A DNA stretch of 64,000 nt from Phoronis australis (lineage: Eukaryota > Animalia > Phoronida): NCBI GenBank assembly GCA_002633005.1, contig NMRA01000661.1, positions 124,001 to 188,000 of the forward strand, read 5' to 3'. The position numbers and the translations under genes were made by a program. How positions within the stretch are numbered: the first letter of the stretch is position 1; each line of letters starts with the position of its first letter. The notes beneath the pieces are model-generated. The model saw nothing but the letters and a program-made list of their open reading frames with translations, ran no database searches and was not told the origin of the DNA. Of this stretch, positions 10,501 through 36,038 are shown piece after piece.

Positions 10501-13197
10501 CTTGTTCGTAATTCAATGTGTCATTTAGAAACAGTTGTGTTTACTAAGGGTGGCATCCATTTCATTCCGTCTACATTACATTTATTTTGTGTCTCATCAA
10601 AAATTGACCATCACATCGGATGTCACATCGCGTGATATTTGACTTTACAGGAAGCATGCTTTGGTAATTAACAAGACCAGTCTCAGGCATCGTTTGGTTG
10701 CATCGCGCTTAGATAGATTCACCGAACTAGATAAAATTCTTCGGGTAACTGTTGATATAATTGTAGACAATTACAGCTCGTTATTTACAAACGCTGATGT
10801 ATAGTGCACACTAGTAAACCGGGTGTTACTGAACGGCATGATTGATGTGTACTGGTCTAAAAAGGTACATGTACGAAACTACACCTTTCACAGTGTTACG
10901 AAAGGCAGCACTGTGGAATGTTGTGTAACGGGCTTCACCGACGTCATAATATTATTCAGTCATCCCTGTTGGTTGAAATCTGGGAAACCCCTTTCAGTTT
11001 AATGTTACGTAGTATGGCGATCAGTTATGGCTTATATAGTTGCAATTTATTAAAACGGGCAATGATCGAAGTAAACAAAACCAAGACAACTCCGGTCATT
11101 GGCTTAAGCCCAAACAAGTAGTGCATAAAGGCCGCGTGCAAGTGATGGCGATGTGATGGGTGAACTTCCGACCAAGCATGGGCATTGATGTCCACAAACT
11201 TTTCAGTATAGGTGGCTCTGTGTCAAGGGGTAGTAAAACACAACCCATGCGTTAAGTGAAGGCACATGACGTTTCGGACGGACTCTGCGTCTGCATCTCT
11301 CTAATACGTCACTGCATGCTCCAGCTAGTACACGTGCACAAACAAGTACTCCTTTGTTGAGTAAAGTGGGAGTAAAGTATATGGTAGTAATTATAGAGCG
11401 CAGTAATCGATACGAAATAATGTATTGTCTCTAAAATGGTGTACACTAGCGGAAACAATAAAAACGAAACGTAGGAATTAACGTAATCTATTGAAATATT
11501 CACAAAAGTCATACTTCGGACCATTAGGCGACACTACGATGCCCATTCATAGAAATGCTGAAACATGAAGCGAAGTAAAAACTTAACGAAATATCGCTGG
11601 AAAGCAGAAAAGGCGGCTAGAGTGGCTAATAGGTCACAGGTAATCTGATGGCAGAAGACGCCAATTGCAGAGCGGATAGGTCAAGTGAGACGGAGGGAGG
11701 AGCTGGAGAGCTGCAAGGGGTCGTGGAGGAGCCTGACAACATCACAGCAATAGTGGGAGGTAAGATGTTGTCATCCGAAGAAATGAACTTCGCCTTGAAG
11801 GTGGCTTTGAGACAGTCAGCAGAAACTGTCTGAGAAGGATCTGGCTGCGTTAGAATCTAACATGAGATGGGGTCATCACGGGGTCACTGGGACGGGTACC
11901 GGTAAGCATCGTGGAAGACGTACACATAGCACATGAAAGCAAAGTTGGTGAGCATTTAAGTTGGTCGAAATGCATGGAAATTGGGATGGGCGACTGTACA
12001 GTGCTTGTAGTGAGCCTTAGATGCTTGAGGAAAGCTGTTTCCATTGTGCGTGTCTCCAGCGGCTGAAAGAGAACTCAACAGGGTGGTGGGGGGAGACCGT
12101 ACATAACTTTATCAGGAAAACAACCAGGATCCACCATTCAAAACGATCAAGTTCCCACTAGAACCATGGGCAGTTCTGCACACCAGCTTGGGCTCTTAGT
12201 ACGTGTTTTAAGAGGCGCCTTCAGTGCCCATTCGATTGTGGGTGACACACTGTTGTCGTACACTGTATGTGTCGCAATGCCCAACTGTTTGTTGCATTCA
12301 CTCCAAATCGTTGACGAGAACTGACTTCTGCGATAAAGTGATGTCTTTGAGAGTACCAAGGAGGGCCCTCCAGTTACGGATAAAAGCCACTGCGCAAGAA
12401 GAAGCATGCGTGTCAGGAAAAGGGATTGCTTTCGGCCAACGAATGAAGAAGTAAACAGTTATATAAAACAAAATCGAAGCAATATCATAGACATTTATGT
12501 CAGCTTTTTTGAAATTTCGTCTTGAATATTTCTTTCGTTATGATCTTTAGGCCATGTTACTCGCTGCTTGTCTGTGAATATTCATTATATTTTCGTGCAA
12601 ATTCCTACTTAGACGAGACGCAAGAAATTTTATTACACACCTTTTTAAATACAGAAAACACAGGCTTTTATTAAATGCAGTTTTGTAGATATTTGACACG
12701 AAACTGACAATAGAGCTACTGAAAGTTATTTCCTCTAGTACCATGGTTTGCATATCGTTGTAGGATCCAGTCCAAATGGTCAAGGACGTTGCCGCGTTTC
12801 TGGACGTGGCAGTCACCGAAGACAGAGTGGCATTGGTGGCCGATAAGACTTCGCTCAAGAATATGAAAGCCAACAAAGTGGAGCACGGGCCCAATGGAAA
12901 AGTAGTTCAAGGAGTGTTCTACAGGAAGGGTAAATTTCGGTCTCTTTCACTTTCGAACAAAACGTTTTCATTCACGCAGAGAAAGATTGTGAATAACTTG
13001 ATTCCTCGGTTGCTGTTTCATGGAAAGATGTATGCCCATGATGATTTTGTTAGTTGACGCATAGGTTTTAACACAAAATACTTATCTTTACAGGCCAACC
13101 TGGGGATTGGAAAAACCACTTCACAGTAGCGATGAATGAGCGTTTTGACAACGAACATATGCAACGATTGAAAGATTTAGGAATGCTTTATGATTGA
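4589..13197 (+). CDS. Cytosolic PAPS-dependent sulfotransferase (SULT family), copy A, 6 coding exons, 283 aa
   Basis: Exons 4589-4763, 7339-7434, 9073-9285, 10156-10253, 12764-12929, 13094-13197; all GT-AG and phase-compatible (852 nt). Motifs: 5'-PSB AFQKSGTHW, catalytic SPRVLNTHH, 3'-[42 protein letters not shown] (includes the KxxxTVxxxE dimerisation motif). Confidence 0.93.
6850..7100 (-). mobile_element. Degenerate PIF/Harbinger (HARBI1-like DDE) transposase fragment in intron 1 of copy A
   Basis: With frameshifts the minus strand reads DAF(P)LRTWMTKPYSQKG...LVFNFRLSSTRRIVEIAF, matching the Harbinger motif DxAFPLxxxxMKPY...FNYRLSRARRxVENAFG. Confidence 0.8.
7860..8370 (-). mobile_element. 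Probable 3' relic of a non-LTR retrotransposon (degenerate C-terminal zinc knuckle)
   Basis: ORF 7926-8147 reads SPVCPKCGTDVDTPKLLIETC...LVFLKVIGRL, resembling the SPxCxxCG..ETxxHxLxxC..LxFLxxxG end of LINE ORF2; it is absent from the corresponding intron of copy B. Confidence 0.5.
8376..8625. mobile_element. Partial MITE, inverted relative of the element at 15950-16198
   Basis: Starts CATGAGCGCACCCAGGGG; its internal sequence (GGGCAAAAATGTCCGCC...AAAAGTCCAC) is the reverse complement of 16075-16150. Confidence 0.55.
11640..12450 (-). mobile_element. Degenerate Ty3/gypsy integrase fragment in intron 4 of copy A
   Basis: The minus strand gives RWPKAIPFPDTHASSCAVAFIRNW...SQFSSTIW...LKAPLK...WCAELPMVLVG...VMYG...VFHDAYR, matching the gypsy integrase pattern RWPEAIP..AxAFIxxW..QFxSxxW..LKxAL..WxxELPxVLLG..LVYG..HDAxR; multiple stops and frameshifts. 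Confidence 0.8.
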
Positions 13198-15949
13198 TTC
13201 ATGTACCTTGTTCAATCCATGATTTCCCACGTTCCTCAATTCTGGTTGTAATAAGTGCTTTTTAGAGCTACAGTACGATTTGTCCTTATCTGTTCAAGAG
13301 AGGAATATCAATATAAATTTCAACTGCTACGTGTTTGCAACTTTTTGCCCTTTTTATAGTTATCCGAAAACCAGGCACTAAGCCGTTTCAAGCGAAACAT
13401 GTACATGTATTCATCCGCGCCTCTTTCGTGAGATTTTTGCGGCCACGGCCGGAACTTAACATCTGTTTCAGCATCTTTTTACAGCCTCCCGGTCAGTAAC
13501 GCTAGGACCTCGCTAAGAAGCAAGACTTCGCGAGATTACTTGAGATATTGCCGTGTATTTTAAGTGAAAGCACGTGATTCTGGCTAGATTTTAGCTAGGG
13601 TACAAGCGTATGGGTCCTAGCGTTATTGAACGCATGCGAAGTTTCCACCGGTTTACTTAAAGCCGCATTTTCCCCATTTATCTTTCACTGTTAAATTCTT
13701 AGTCGGAGCAGTTTGGGGTTTGCATTGTTGTTGATTGAGCAGGCAGCTCAAATCACCGGCTGCGCCAATGCGCCATTTTCGAATCGCAATTTTAGGGTCT
13801 GATATCCCCAATATACTGTCGCCGATGGTTTCGTTGTCCCTTTTGGTAACAGAAAGAGAATATTAACACAGTAAGAAATACCATGAGGCCTATTTGGTGA
13901 AAATAGGATTCTTAAATCAAGTCTCACTTTTAGATGACTAAACAGGGCGAAACGGAAATCCAAATCTTTGAAAGAATCAAACTGAATATTATTGTGCGCT
14001 CCCAATTCTGAAAATGTCGGAATATGTTTGAAAAACTCCCAACATTCCCTCTAATTTCTTGACTAATCGGCAAACTTGACTAACGCTTCAGACGAGAAAA
14101 TTAACGAGTTTGAACTACACGACAAGTTTTGAGACATTGTGAGAAATGTTTTGACATAATCTTTTCCGTCAAGAACAGTACTGATTTGGCAGAGAAAGTT
14201 GCATACATGTAGATGGCTTTGTGTTTGAATGGTTATCTGCTGTAGGCCTGGTAACGTATGCAAAGATGCAGATGTCTTTTTTCATGTTCGAGGGTGCTAA
14301 CAAAATTTCGTCAGTTGAGTTAATCCCGGACCGTAACCCGAAAGTCGATGTTTTCCAAGCCGAGGCCAAAGGCTCCATTTTTAATTCAAAACCTATTTTT
14401 CAATCGTCAATCGCAGAAAAAAGTGGGTAATGACGATTGCCCTTTCTTATATTGCTAAGTCAACTCTTGACTTTGATACAAATCGATCGTGAACTCTACG
14501 GTGAATTGCCAATATTATCGAAAATAATTAGGGATCTTTTCATGCAACACACCCAATTTAAAGACTGAGTCCCTATTTATTTTCAATGAACCCTGGGCTC
14601 AGTTTTTAGTTATTATTAGAAAATGTCATTAATAAAAACTGGAGCTCATAATAAAGGTGTTATGTGAGTCCATCAAGACAAAAATACGCAAAAAATCTTA
14701 GGGAACTCAGTTGTGTCCCTATTTGGGACTATTCCATGCAAACGGTCACAGAGTACTGCAAAAATGGATTAACATTGAGTGCAATAAAAGTATTATTGCT
14801 GAGAAGGTTTTAAGTTTTTGTGAAAAAACAGAGCTCTTCTATCACAAGTAATGTTACAGACACTTTACGCATGTAACAAAAATTGAAAGAGCTCTTAACA
14901 AAGAAAAAAGACAAAGGTGATGAAGGAAACGAACCTACTAGAACATTATGAGATTGTCCCGGACAGTGACATTTAACGTTGCTCAAATAAATGCATAGGT
15001 GTTGCCACCACAATATATCATTTGCCACAAATCAAAGTCCATAGAAAACCTTTCCCATTTCCAAACATTCACTTGTACTCCAACTTATTCTTAATGCTAA
15101 AAAACCCTTACTTTAGGCCAGAGAAAAAAGAACTATTTTCCTTGATAAATTTGCAGAATTAGCCGCCCCAATCTCAAAGGTAGTGGCCTTCATGTGAACG
15201 GTCAGCACGGTTTTTTTTAATGAACTTCCAAGTCAATGTAAAAACATGAACAGTGTTTGGAATTGAATACAAAAAATGCAAATATTGCCATGTTCTGTAA
15301 TTCATTATTCTTGAAAATTCAAAAGTTGCGCAGATTTCAGTGTATAACATTTTGGAGATTCTTGAATTGGAGAATTTTTAGCATAGGAAATGTTTACTCT
15401 TCAAATTATATGTTATCTAAAACAAGAAGCATCAAAAGATTTTGAAATTTTAGCAGTAAATGAGGCGCTTTTCAATTTCACACAAAAGCTATTACCAAAA
15501 TGACCATTCCTCTATTTTCAAATACTGAACTACAGTATTATGTCTAACCGTAAATTGTTTGAAGGCAACTGTAGAATGGAATCACTGCTAGTAACCATAC
15601 TCATTTCTCTTAATGCTGACTTTTGCTGATCACTTAGACAAAATAAAATTTCATTTGTTGCCCATACTGTGTGCTAAAGTTAAGAGCATTTTGGTTATCT
15701 GTTTCACTGAGTAAAACGAATTACTGTAACAAGCCTAAAGTGTTTAGATGAAACAGTATTTTTAAATACTTAAAAGTTGACAAAAAATTATTCCGGGTAG
15801 GGTGGTGCAGCCTTTTGTCATTAAATTTGGGCTCACCATTTGTGTTTCCTGGTCAACTCATGCAAGACAGGGGACGGTTCCTATGGAAGCTGTACGGCGA
15901 CCTCATCATCAACAGTTGACAAAGCACGTTACTACATACAAACTGTACT

Positions 15950-16198
15950 ATGCGCGCACCCAGCCTTCAGAATGGGGGGTTCGAATTCGTTACGTTGCGG
16001 ACCTTTTGGCAACAAAATAGCCGGCGGACTAAAAAAAAAGGGCGCACCACTGTGAATTGCGCGTCTGTGCTTGTTTAGTGGACTTTTATCTCATTTTCTG
16101 GGACTTTTTGTTTCTCACTGGCGGACCTTTTTGCCCACTTCGCCAAATGGGGGGATCCTTCGAGCCCCCCGAGAACCCCCTCCCCCGGGTGCGCGCAT
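15950..16198. mobile_element. ~250 bp MITE with short terminal inverted repeats
   Basis: TIRs ATGCGCGCACCC ... GGGTGCGCGCAT; related copy at 8376; no clear TSD. Confidence 0.65.
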
Positions 16199-17350
16199 GC
16201 ATATTCAGGTTGAAATCTGATGGAATCATCTCTGCCTCTTAATCATGATTGTCTGCTGTTATGTGCCAAAAAAACATACTACCAGCTTGCCATTCACTAA
16301 CGAGCCTTGCAACATCATGTCAGTGCACCATATCCAGTTGGTAATGGTTGGCTTTGAGCAGGGTGCAGTAGTTTGAAGTTCCACCGGATGACTCTGCCTT
16401 TATCCCCAGAAAATGCCATGAAAAATGTTAATCGCAAGTGTAAAAAATGCCATGTTGCAAGTAGTGTGACTGTTGAGATTGTATAAACCACACTGTGTCT
16501 CAAGAAACAATTTTTGATGACAATAATAATGACATAAATGCTTATGGAGTAGATGAAGGGTGTGTGCTACGTTGTTTAAGAACTTTAATTTGTAGCCTAA
16601 TAGAAAATATTGACAACGTTTTATCATGCTTGTGGCCCTGAGGATAATGATAATTTATTGTGACAATTAATGAAAGCGATGACAGTAAATTCATTGCAGA
16701 AGCGTTGGAAATGTATGTTGCTCATATGTAGGTTGTAATGTCAAATCTTTTTCAAGTTCCAAATGGTTAACAGTATTGTTCTTTTGGTAGGCGTTCAGAA
16801 TATAGTAGTATGTTTTCTAGCCAACAGGAGGCGCTGTCTACATTTTTCGTTTTTCTCTTTTTTTAAGCAATTTTCCACCTAATGTCACAATATTTATCAT
16901 CTTTCTTGTGCAGTAACTTCAAATGAACAAAATCCAATCAAATTATCGTTGAGTTTTTTTCCAGTGTTGTTGGTTTTTGAAATTTGGTTTTCTGTGCCAA
17001 ATTTTGGAATAAGTCAGTTTTTTTGGTCAATTTTCTCGAAAACGTGCAAGTCAAACCTTGGGAGTTTTTTAGATTCTTAAAGTATAGTAATTAATGACCT
17101 TAAAAACACCAAAATTATCGTGGCCCCAAAAAGTAGCCACAGAAGTGATTTTCTAGGCTTCCTAGAGTCCAATGGACTATGGCCTAGAAGCTAGCGAGGT
17201 CAGCGTTACTGATCTCTACACAGTCGGCGTTCCCCTCATTGAGATATATTTGGCTTTTGACCTCCGATACGCGAGGGGTAGTCGAATCTACGGAGCTACC
17301 GAATAAAAGCTTCTAAGACAAATGAGCACGACGCAACTTAGTGGACGGAA

Positions 17351-29927
<12,577 letters not shown>

Positions 29928-30257
29928 TTCATGTACCTTGTTCAATCCATGATTTCCCACGTTCCTCAATTCTAGTTGTAATAAGTGCTTTTTAGAGCTA
30001 CAGTACGCTTTGTCCTTATCTGTTCAACTGCTACGTGTTCTACCTACTCTGTGTTTGCAACTTTTTGCCCTTTTTATAATTATCCAGAAACCAGGCATTA
30101 CGCCATTGCAAGCAATCGTGTACATTTAGTCATCCGTGCTTCTTTCGCGAGATTTTTGCGGCCACGACCGGAACTTAACATCTGTTTCAGCATGTTTTAA
30201 CAGCCTCCCGTTCAGTAACTCTAGGACCTCGTTACGAAGCAAGACTCTGGGAGATTA

Positions 30258-30919
30258 GGAGGCACAGAACAGTTCTCACTGGGTTTTGCCTAGCAAAACA
30301 CACATCACTTGATTTGTAACCTTTTCTTCACTCTGTCAAAAACAGGATGCAAAGAATGGCATGTTTTCAATTATTTCACATAAAAAGCCAAGCAGATGAG
30401 CACAGAAACTTTATTCTTTCTTGTATTTTTGACCATTTCATTCCCACTGAAAACCAAGCTAGACTAAGAAAAATAAGGGCAAAAAAATGCAAAAATCGGC
30501 ACTTTTCACCCGAAAAACACCACTTCCCTGCCGATGCACGACTAAAACCAACCTTAGAGTCTGAAAGCAAATTTCCTACCGATTCAGAAAATGTGGTCCA
30601 AAAGTACTGTCAACCAACTAGTTTTTTTTGCAATTCTGGCTTGTTTGAGGGCTACCTAAAATCACAGCCAATTTCTCGGTCGCTACCCAACAATGCACAA
30701 TTGCAGCCGGGGGCCGCCATCTTGAAGAAGAGTGCAGCTACAGCCAAGAAAGTGGCCTTTTTTATTCACAGCATGTTCACAAATACAAACAAACCACATT
30801 CACTGAACCCACGTGCAATGCCCACCTACAAAATGCCCCCAAACTTGGCTTACCCCAAAATTTCTATATTTTGGCAGTGCAAATTGGCCGCGGGCGCAGC
30901 CTAACTATTCAGTGCCACC
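30258..30919. mobile_element. Non-autonomous PIF/Harbinger-type DNA transposon (662 bp)
   Basis: Imperfect TIRs GGAGGCACAGAACAGT ... ACTATTCAGTGCCACC with a TTA target-site duplication (30255-57, 30920-22); the empty site GAGA-TTA-CTTGAGA is visible in the copy A flank near 13535. Confidence 0.85.
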
Positions 30920-31970
30920 TTACGTGAGATATTGCCGCGTATTTCAAAAGAAAGCACGTGACTTTGGCTAGATTTTAGCTAGGTACTAGCGTATAGGTCC
31001 TTGCGTTACTGAATAGACGCCAGGTTTCCATCAGTTCATTTTAAAGCCGCATGTTGACATGTTTATCTTTCACTGTTGGGTTCTTAACCGGGGTCGGTTT
31101 GGGGTTTGCATTATTGCCGATTGGACAGGGCAACTGAAATCACCGGCAGTTCGAATGAGCCATTTTCAAATCACAATTTTAGGTTTGGGTATCCCCAATA
31201 TACCGTCGCTGATGGTTTCGATGCTTCTTTTGTAATAGAAATAGAATATTAAAACGTGTCAGTTAGGAATACTTTGAGGCCGATTTGGTGAAAATAAAAT
31301 TCTTAAATCAAGTTTCACTTTTAGATGGTTAAACGACGAAATAGAACTTCAAATCTTTTGAAACAAATAAACTGTATATTATTATGCACTTCCAATTCTG
31401 AAATTGAATTGGAATATGTTTGAAAAATTCCCTACAATCCCTTTAATTTCTTGCCTAATCGGCAAACTTGACTAACGCTTCAGATTAAACAATCAACGAG
31501 TTTGAACCACACGAGAAATTTTGAGACATTGCGAGGATTGTTTTGGCATAATCTTTTCCGTCAAGAACAGTACTGATTTTGCAAGAGTAAGTTACGTAGA
31601 TCGTTTTGTGTTTGAATGGTTCGAGGATGCTAACAAAATTTCGTCAGTTGAGTTAATCCCGGACCGTAACCCGAAATCGATGTTTTACGGGCCAAGGCGA
31701 AAGGCTTTATTTGTAACGTAATATATAAGTTGCAATCGTCAGTCGCAGAGCAAAAGTGGGTGATGACGACGCTGGTGACAAAGATGGTGACGACTTGACC
31801 GAGAAAACTAAACAAACGATCGCAATGATGAAGACATGAGGATGACCGTGATAATATTGGTAGAAGAAATTCAATGTCAATTGGTGCAAAATATTGGACA
31901 CAAGCACGAAAATATAGCCTACACTCCACTCGTGCCATGATGAGAAGTGATGCAGCTGTCAAATGGTCGC

Positions 31971-31987
31971 TTTATCTAATAGATAAA
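31971..31987. promoter_or_regulatory. Inverted double GATA motif upstream of the serpin start codon
   Basis: TTTATCT-AAT-AGATAAA is a perfect inverted repeat about 45 bp before ATG 32032; motif match only. Confidence 0.35.
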
Positions 31988-32031
31988 TCACCCCAAAAGC
32001 CTGAAGAACTGACATTTCGGGAACTACAGTC

Positions 32032-34825
32032 ATGATTGCCGTCACGGTATTATTGTTCTTCGCTCTGGGAACCACGGGTTCTTGTCAGGTAAGGTTTTTG
32101 TTAATGATTATTTATGCACAATTTTATCTTCTTCAATTTTTTCGCAATGAAATAACAAATTACACGCATGAATATGTGTAAAAAAGAAGAGTAACACAAA
32201 GATTCATTTCACAAATAAATAAACTATTACTCAATATTACCTTTTCGTGAAATAGCAAATGCAAGCAGCAACTCCTCGCAAGAAACAATGTCAATACAAC
32301 CATGCTAAATGGACACGAAGAGCTATCACACTCGGTTTAGTCTTTTGTAGTTTTGAAACTTTTATTGAGATGTCATTCAAGTCGCATTTCTTCGGTCACT
32401 AACTGTCCATTGGCAGTACAAGGCAACCTTCATTAGCAAACCAAGGCCACAGTTCTTCGAAAATATTACCAACAAAAACATCTGTTCATCAATCTTTCAT
32501 GGCCCCACTAAGCTGCATGCATTATGGGTCGACTGTGGACACGTGACTTTTGAAATCGGAATTAGTTTCACGGAGTTTACAGTTTAACTTTTGGCACACG
32601 AGCAAAATTTTGCAAGCAACATACAGATAAAAGAAGGTTTATTTTAACAATTTACTCCTTTGAGGTCTCAAATTCGACTGCTGTAGCTTGTATTTTGATA
32701 TTTTTTGTATTTGACGGAGTCTCCGTTTCGACTCGAAATGAACAACCCATCAATCGAGGAACATTTCGGAAACTCTCCACTTCTGATTTAATTCGCGGGC
32801 TTGAGTGCCACTTGCTAACTGTTACTTTTTGCGATTCTGGTGAGCGCCACATATTGAAGCGGGTATAACCTCCCTTCCGTCACAAACGATCTTTTGATGT
32901 AGACCACGTACATGTACTTGTCGTTGGGAAATAGGTCTCAGATCTTTCCTTAGTGAAAACAGATGTTACACGTATGTCTAGGCTTGGAAAGAACTAACTG
33001 TTCACGTCGCGTCAGGTTCTACAAGTGCACTTGTCCCATTTTAGTTTATTCGCCGAGCGTTGTGCCGTCTAGCAATAATGAACTGTCACGTCTTTGCAAG
33101 ATCAAAAACCTCTTCTATATCCTCTGAGTAGGGAATAAGTTGAGATCATTTTTAAAGCAGTAACTTCTTTCTTTGACGGATCGTGGTTTTGTGAGCACTA
33201 AACAGAATACGAAAATATACTTTTTTTAGTTTCGAAGTTATGGCAATCAGAGTGAAAAGCACCATACTTAAAAAAACAGTCACATTACTAACGTTTCGCT
33301 CTTATTTCCTGGCAAACAGGTCGTGTCCTTATGAATGAACATAAGGACTTTACAAATTCGTTTCACGGAGTAATAGGTTAATATTGAAAAGTGCGTTTGA
33401 AGAATTGCAAGTCTTGGTACACGTAAGGAATTGTTCTATTACCTTGTTATGAAGGCAACGATCGTGCACCCTTGGTTAGACAAAGGTTCATACATGTATG
33501 ATTCGCCAGCTAAAGTTTTCGAAGAAAAATACACCTTTCGTAACCTTTGGCAATCGTTAGGAAGACTCGGTCAGTACTATTGCTACATTCTAACAATCCG
33601 CAAAATACGCAGTCTTGTAAGTACTTTTTGTCAAATTATGAGCCGTATAAACACTGGCTTAACTCGTTTGTTTCCTCAACAGAACTCAAACAGTCTCACC
33701 GATGCAAACACTGGCTTTGCTCTTGACGCCTACCGACGGCTGACCACTACGGGCGGTAATGTATTCTTCTCCCCTTTGAGCCTTTCAATCATTATGGGGA
33801 TGCTCTACGAGGGTTCAAACGGAACAACTCGTTCTCAGTTGCAAGCGGTTGCCGGTTTTGATCGCGTTAACGATGTCGCTGCAGAATTTCGTGAACTCAG
33901 TTCTATTCTTAACACACCGAGTAAAAACTACGACTTGGAGGCGGCTAATCGGGTGTACGCGAGGAAAAACTATGGATTCAACAAGAACTACTTAAAAACA
34001 GTACAAAACCAATACCAGTCCGACATCATTGCTAGCGACTTCCAGTTCAACGCAGAAATGGTTCGACAGCAGATCAATAGATGGGTTGAAAACAAAACTA
34101 AAGACAAGATTAGGAACTTGATTCCACAAAATGCCCTAAAACCCGAGACTGCAATGGTTTTGGTCAACGCAATTTACTTCAAAGGGGACTGGGATAAGAA
34201 ATTTAAAGCAGCATCAACAAAACCGAACGCGTTTTATCTGTCAGCAAAGAAGACGATAAACACTCCCATGATGTACCAGAGGTCAAAATTCAGAGTGTTC
34301 AATAGTCAAAGAAACGGTTATCGTGTATTGGAGATGCCCTATAAAGGCAACGATTTGAGTATGTTAGTTGTCCTGCCAAAGGAAATTGATGGTTTGGCCA
34401 AAGTCGAAAAGTTGTTGACACATGACGAACTTTCTAATGTTCACAACAGTATGCGATATTCTCCTCAACTCGATGTTATGGTCACCATGCCGAAATTTAA
34501 GATTGATGTGAAATACAAAATGAAAGATCACCTTAAAGCAATGGGAATAGGTGACCTCTTCAAGCCCCGTGCCTGCGACCTGTCCGGCATTGACGGCACA
34601 CGTGACCTTTACGTTTCTGAGATGTTCCACCAGGCTTTTGTTGACGTCAACGAAGAGGGCAGTGAAGCGGCGGCCGCCACCGGAAGCATCATTGCTGTCA
34701 TAACATCAGTGGTAGTCCGCCCAACATTCCCCATAGAGTTTAAAGCAGACCACCCTTTCCTGTTTTACATCCGGGATAACAAATCTGGTTCTGTGCTCTT
34801 TATGGGTAGATATTCTCAACCATGA
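32032..34825 (+). CDS. Secreted serine protease inhibitor (serpin), 2 coding exons, ~399 aa
   Basis: Exon 1 32032-32088 encodes a signal peptide MIAVTVLLFFALGTTGSCQ|GTAAGG; it joins in phase 0 to exon 2 33683-34825 after TTTCCTCAACAG. Motifs NVFFSPLS, LVNAIYFKGDW, hinge EEGSEAAAAT, FKADHPFLFYI. The first 84 codons of the ORF-track model are intronic. Confidence 0.93.
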
Positions 34826-35234
34826 TTAAATTTTCAAATACACCTGTATAATTTCAATGTCGATTGTCATGCTAGAGAAATGAATACACCATTATAGTGT
34901 GTCGATACCGTATATAGTGATATAGTACCAAGCAGTCTTTTATGTGCATTACGTAATCATCTTATAAACGAATGTGTTCACACTCAAACAAGGCCAACAT
35001 GTACAAAATTCTAGTTGCTATTCAACGTGTTGATTTAGTATCTCACTGGCCGGCCACACGCTCTATAGACGGGATTTAAACCTGAAACTGTTAAAACGTT
35101 TTCTCCGATGTTTAAATGCTTCGGTGTCAGTCTTGTTTCCATGGATCTCTTGGGAAAAAAGCCATCAATTTCAAAATATAAAGGCGCGATTTTTAGTTAA
35201 ACTGTCGCGCGACAAGGGCTCAGTTGATTCTTAA

Positions 35235-36038
35235 AGGCGAAGGCAACCTTTTTCCATGTCATTTTGAGCTAAAATAAGGTTGGTTGGTTATCCTAGACAT
35301 ATTTTTCACTTAATTACAGCTTTTCGTAATTTTATTAATTACTCGTCCGCTTTTCCGGAAGTGACGTTTTAGGAGGCAAGCGCTTCCCGCCAATTTCTTT
35401 TCACATAGTCTGACTGTGAGAGCTAGACCGGCAGCCCAGAGCACTTAGCATAGATGAACGAGGTACCAACATCTGACCACGGGAGCATTTAAAGTCCACC
35501 TCAGTATGTACAGAAATGGACGTCTGCCGTTGTCTGCACTCTGGGTGTGACCCTTGGGGGCCTTACAAAGACCCCNNNNNNNNNNNNNNNNNNNNNNNNN
35601 NNNNNNNNNNNNNNNNNNNNNNNNNNNNNNNNNNNNNNNNNNNNNNNNNNNNNNNNNNNNNNNNNNNNNNNNNNNNNNNNNNNNNNNNNNNNNNNNNNNN
35701 NNNNNNNNNNNNNNNNNNNAACAATCCCTAAATCCAACGCAGTTGAGTTCTCTACTAACCTATCTTGCCGCAGAATACTCGCCGATGGAAAGTGGTGGCG
35801 ACAATTGGTGAAAAATAGCACAAAACAAAAGTAGAATAGAACAGATTCGCACAGTAAGCTCAACGCAAAACCAAGTGGCGGGAAGCGCTTGCCTCCTAAA
35901 ACGTCACTTCCGGAAACTGAAAGCGGACGAGTAATTAATAAAATTACGAAAAGCTGTAATTAAGTGAAAAATATGTCTAGGATAACCAACCAACCTTATT
36001 TTAGCTCAAAATGACATGGAAAAAGGTTGCCTTCGCCT
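35235..36038. mobile_element. Non-autonomous DNA transposon with ~160 bp TIRs and TTAA TSD (Kolobok-like termini); centre contains an N gap
   Basis: TTAA|AGGCGAAGGCAACC ... GGTTGCCTTCGCCT|TTAA; arms 35235-35393 and 35875-36038 are almost perfect inverted copies. Confidence 0.85.

Noticed and set aside
11265-11305. Minus-strand GACG..CGTC-CGAAACGTC resembling a second hammerhead
   Set aside because: The CUGANGA box is missing; at most a decayed relic.
30347-30904. 185-aa ORF
   Set aside because: Lies wholly within a TIR/TSD-bounded non-autonomous element and has no recognisable motif.
33431-33682. N-terminal extension of the serpin ORF
   Set aside because: Starts at TTG and is intronic read-through; a proper signal-peptide exon lies upstream.
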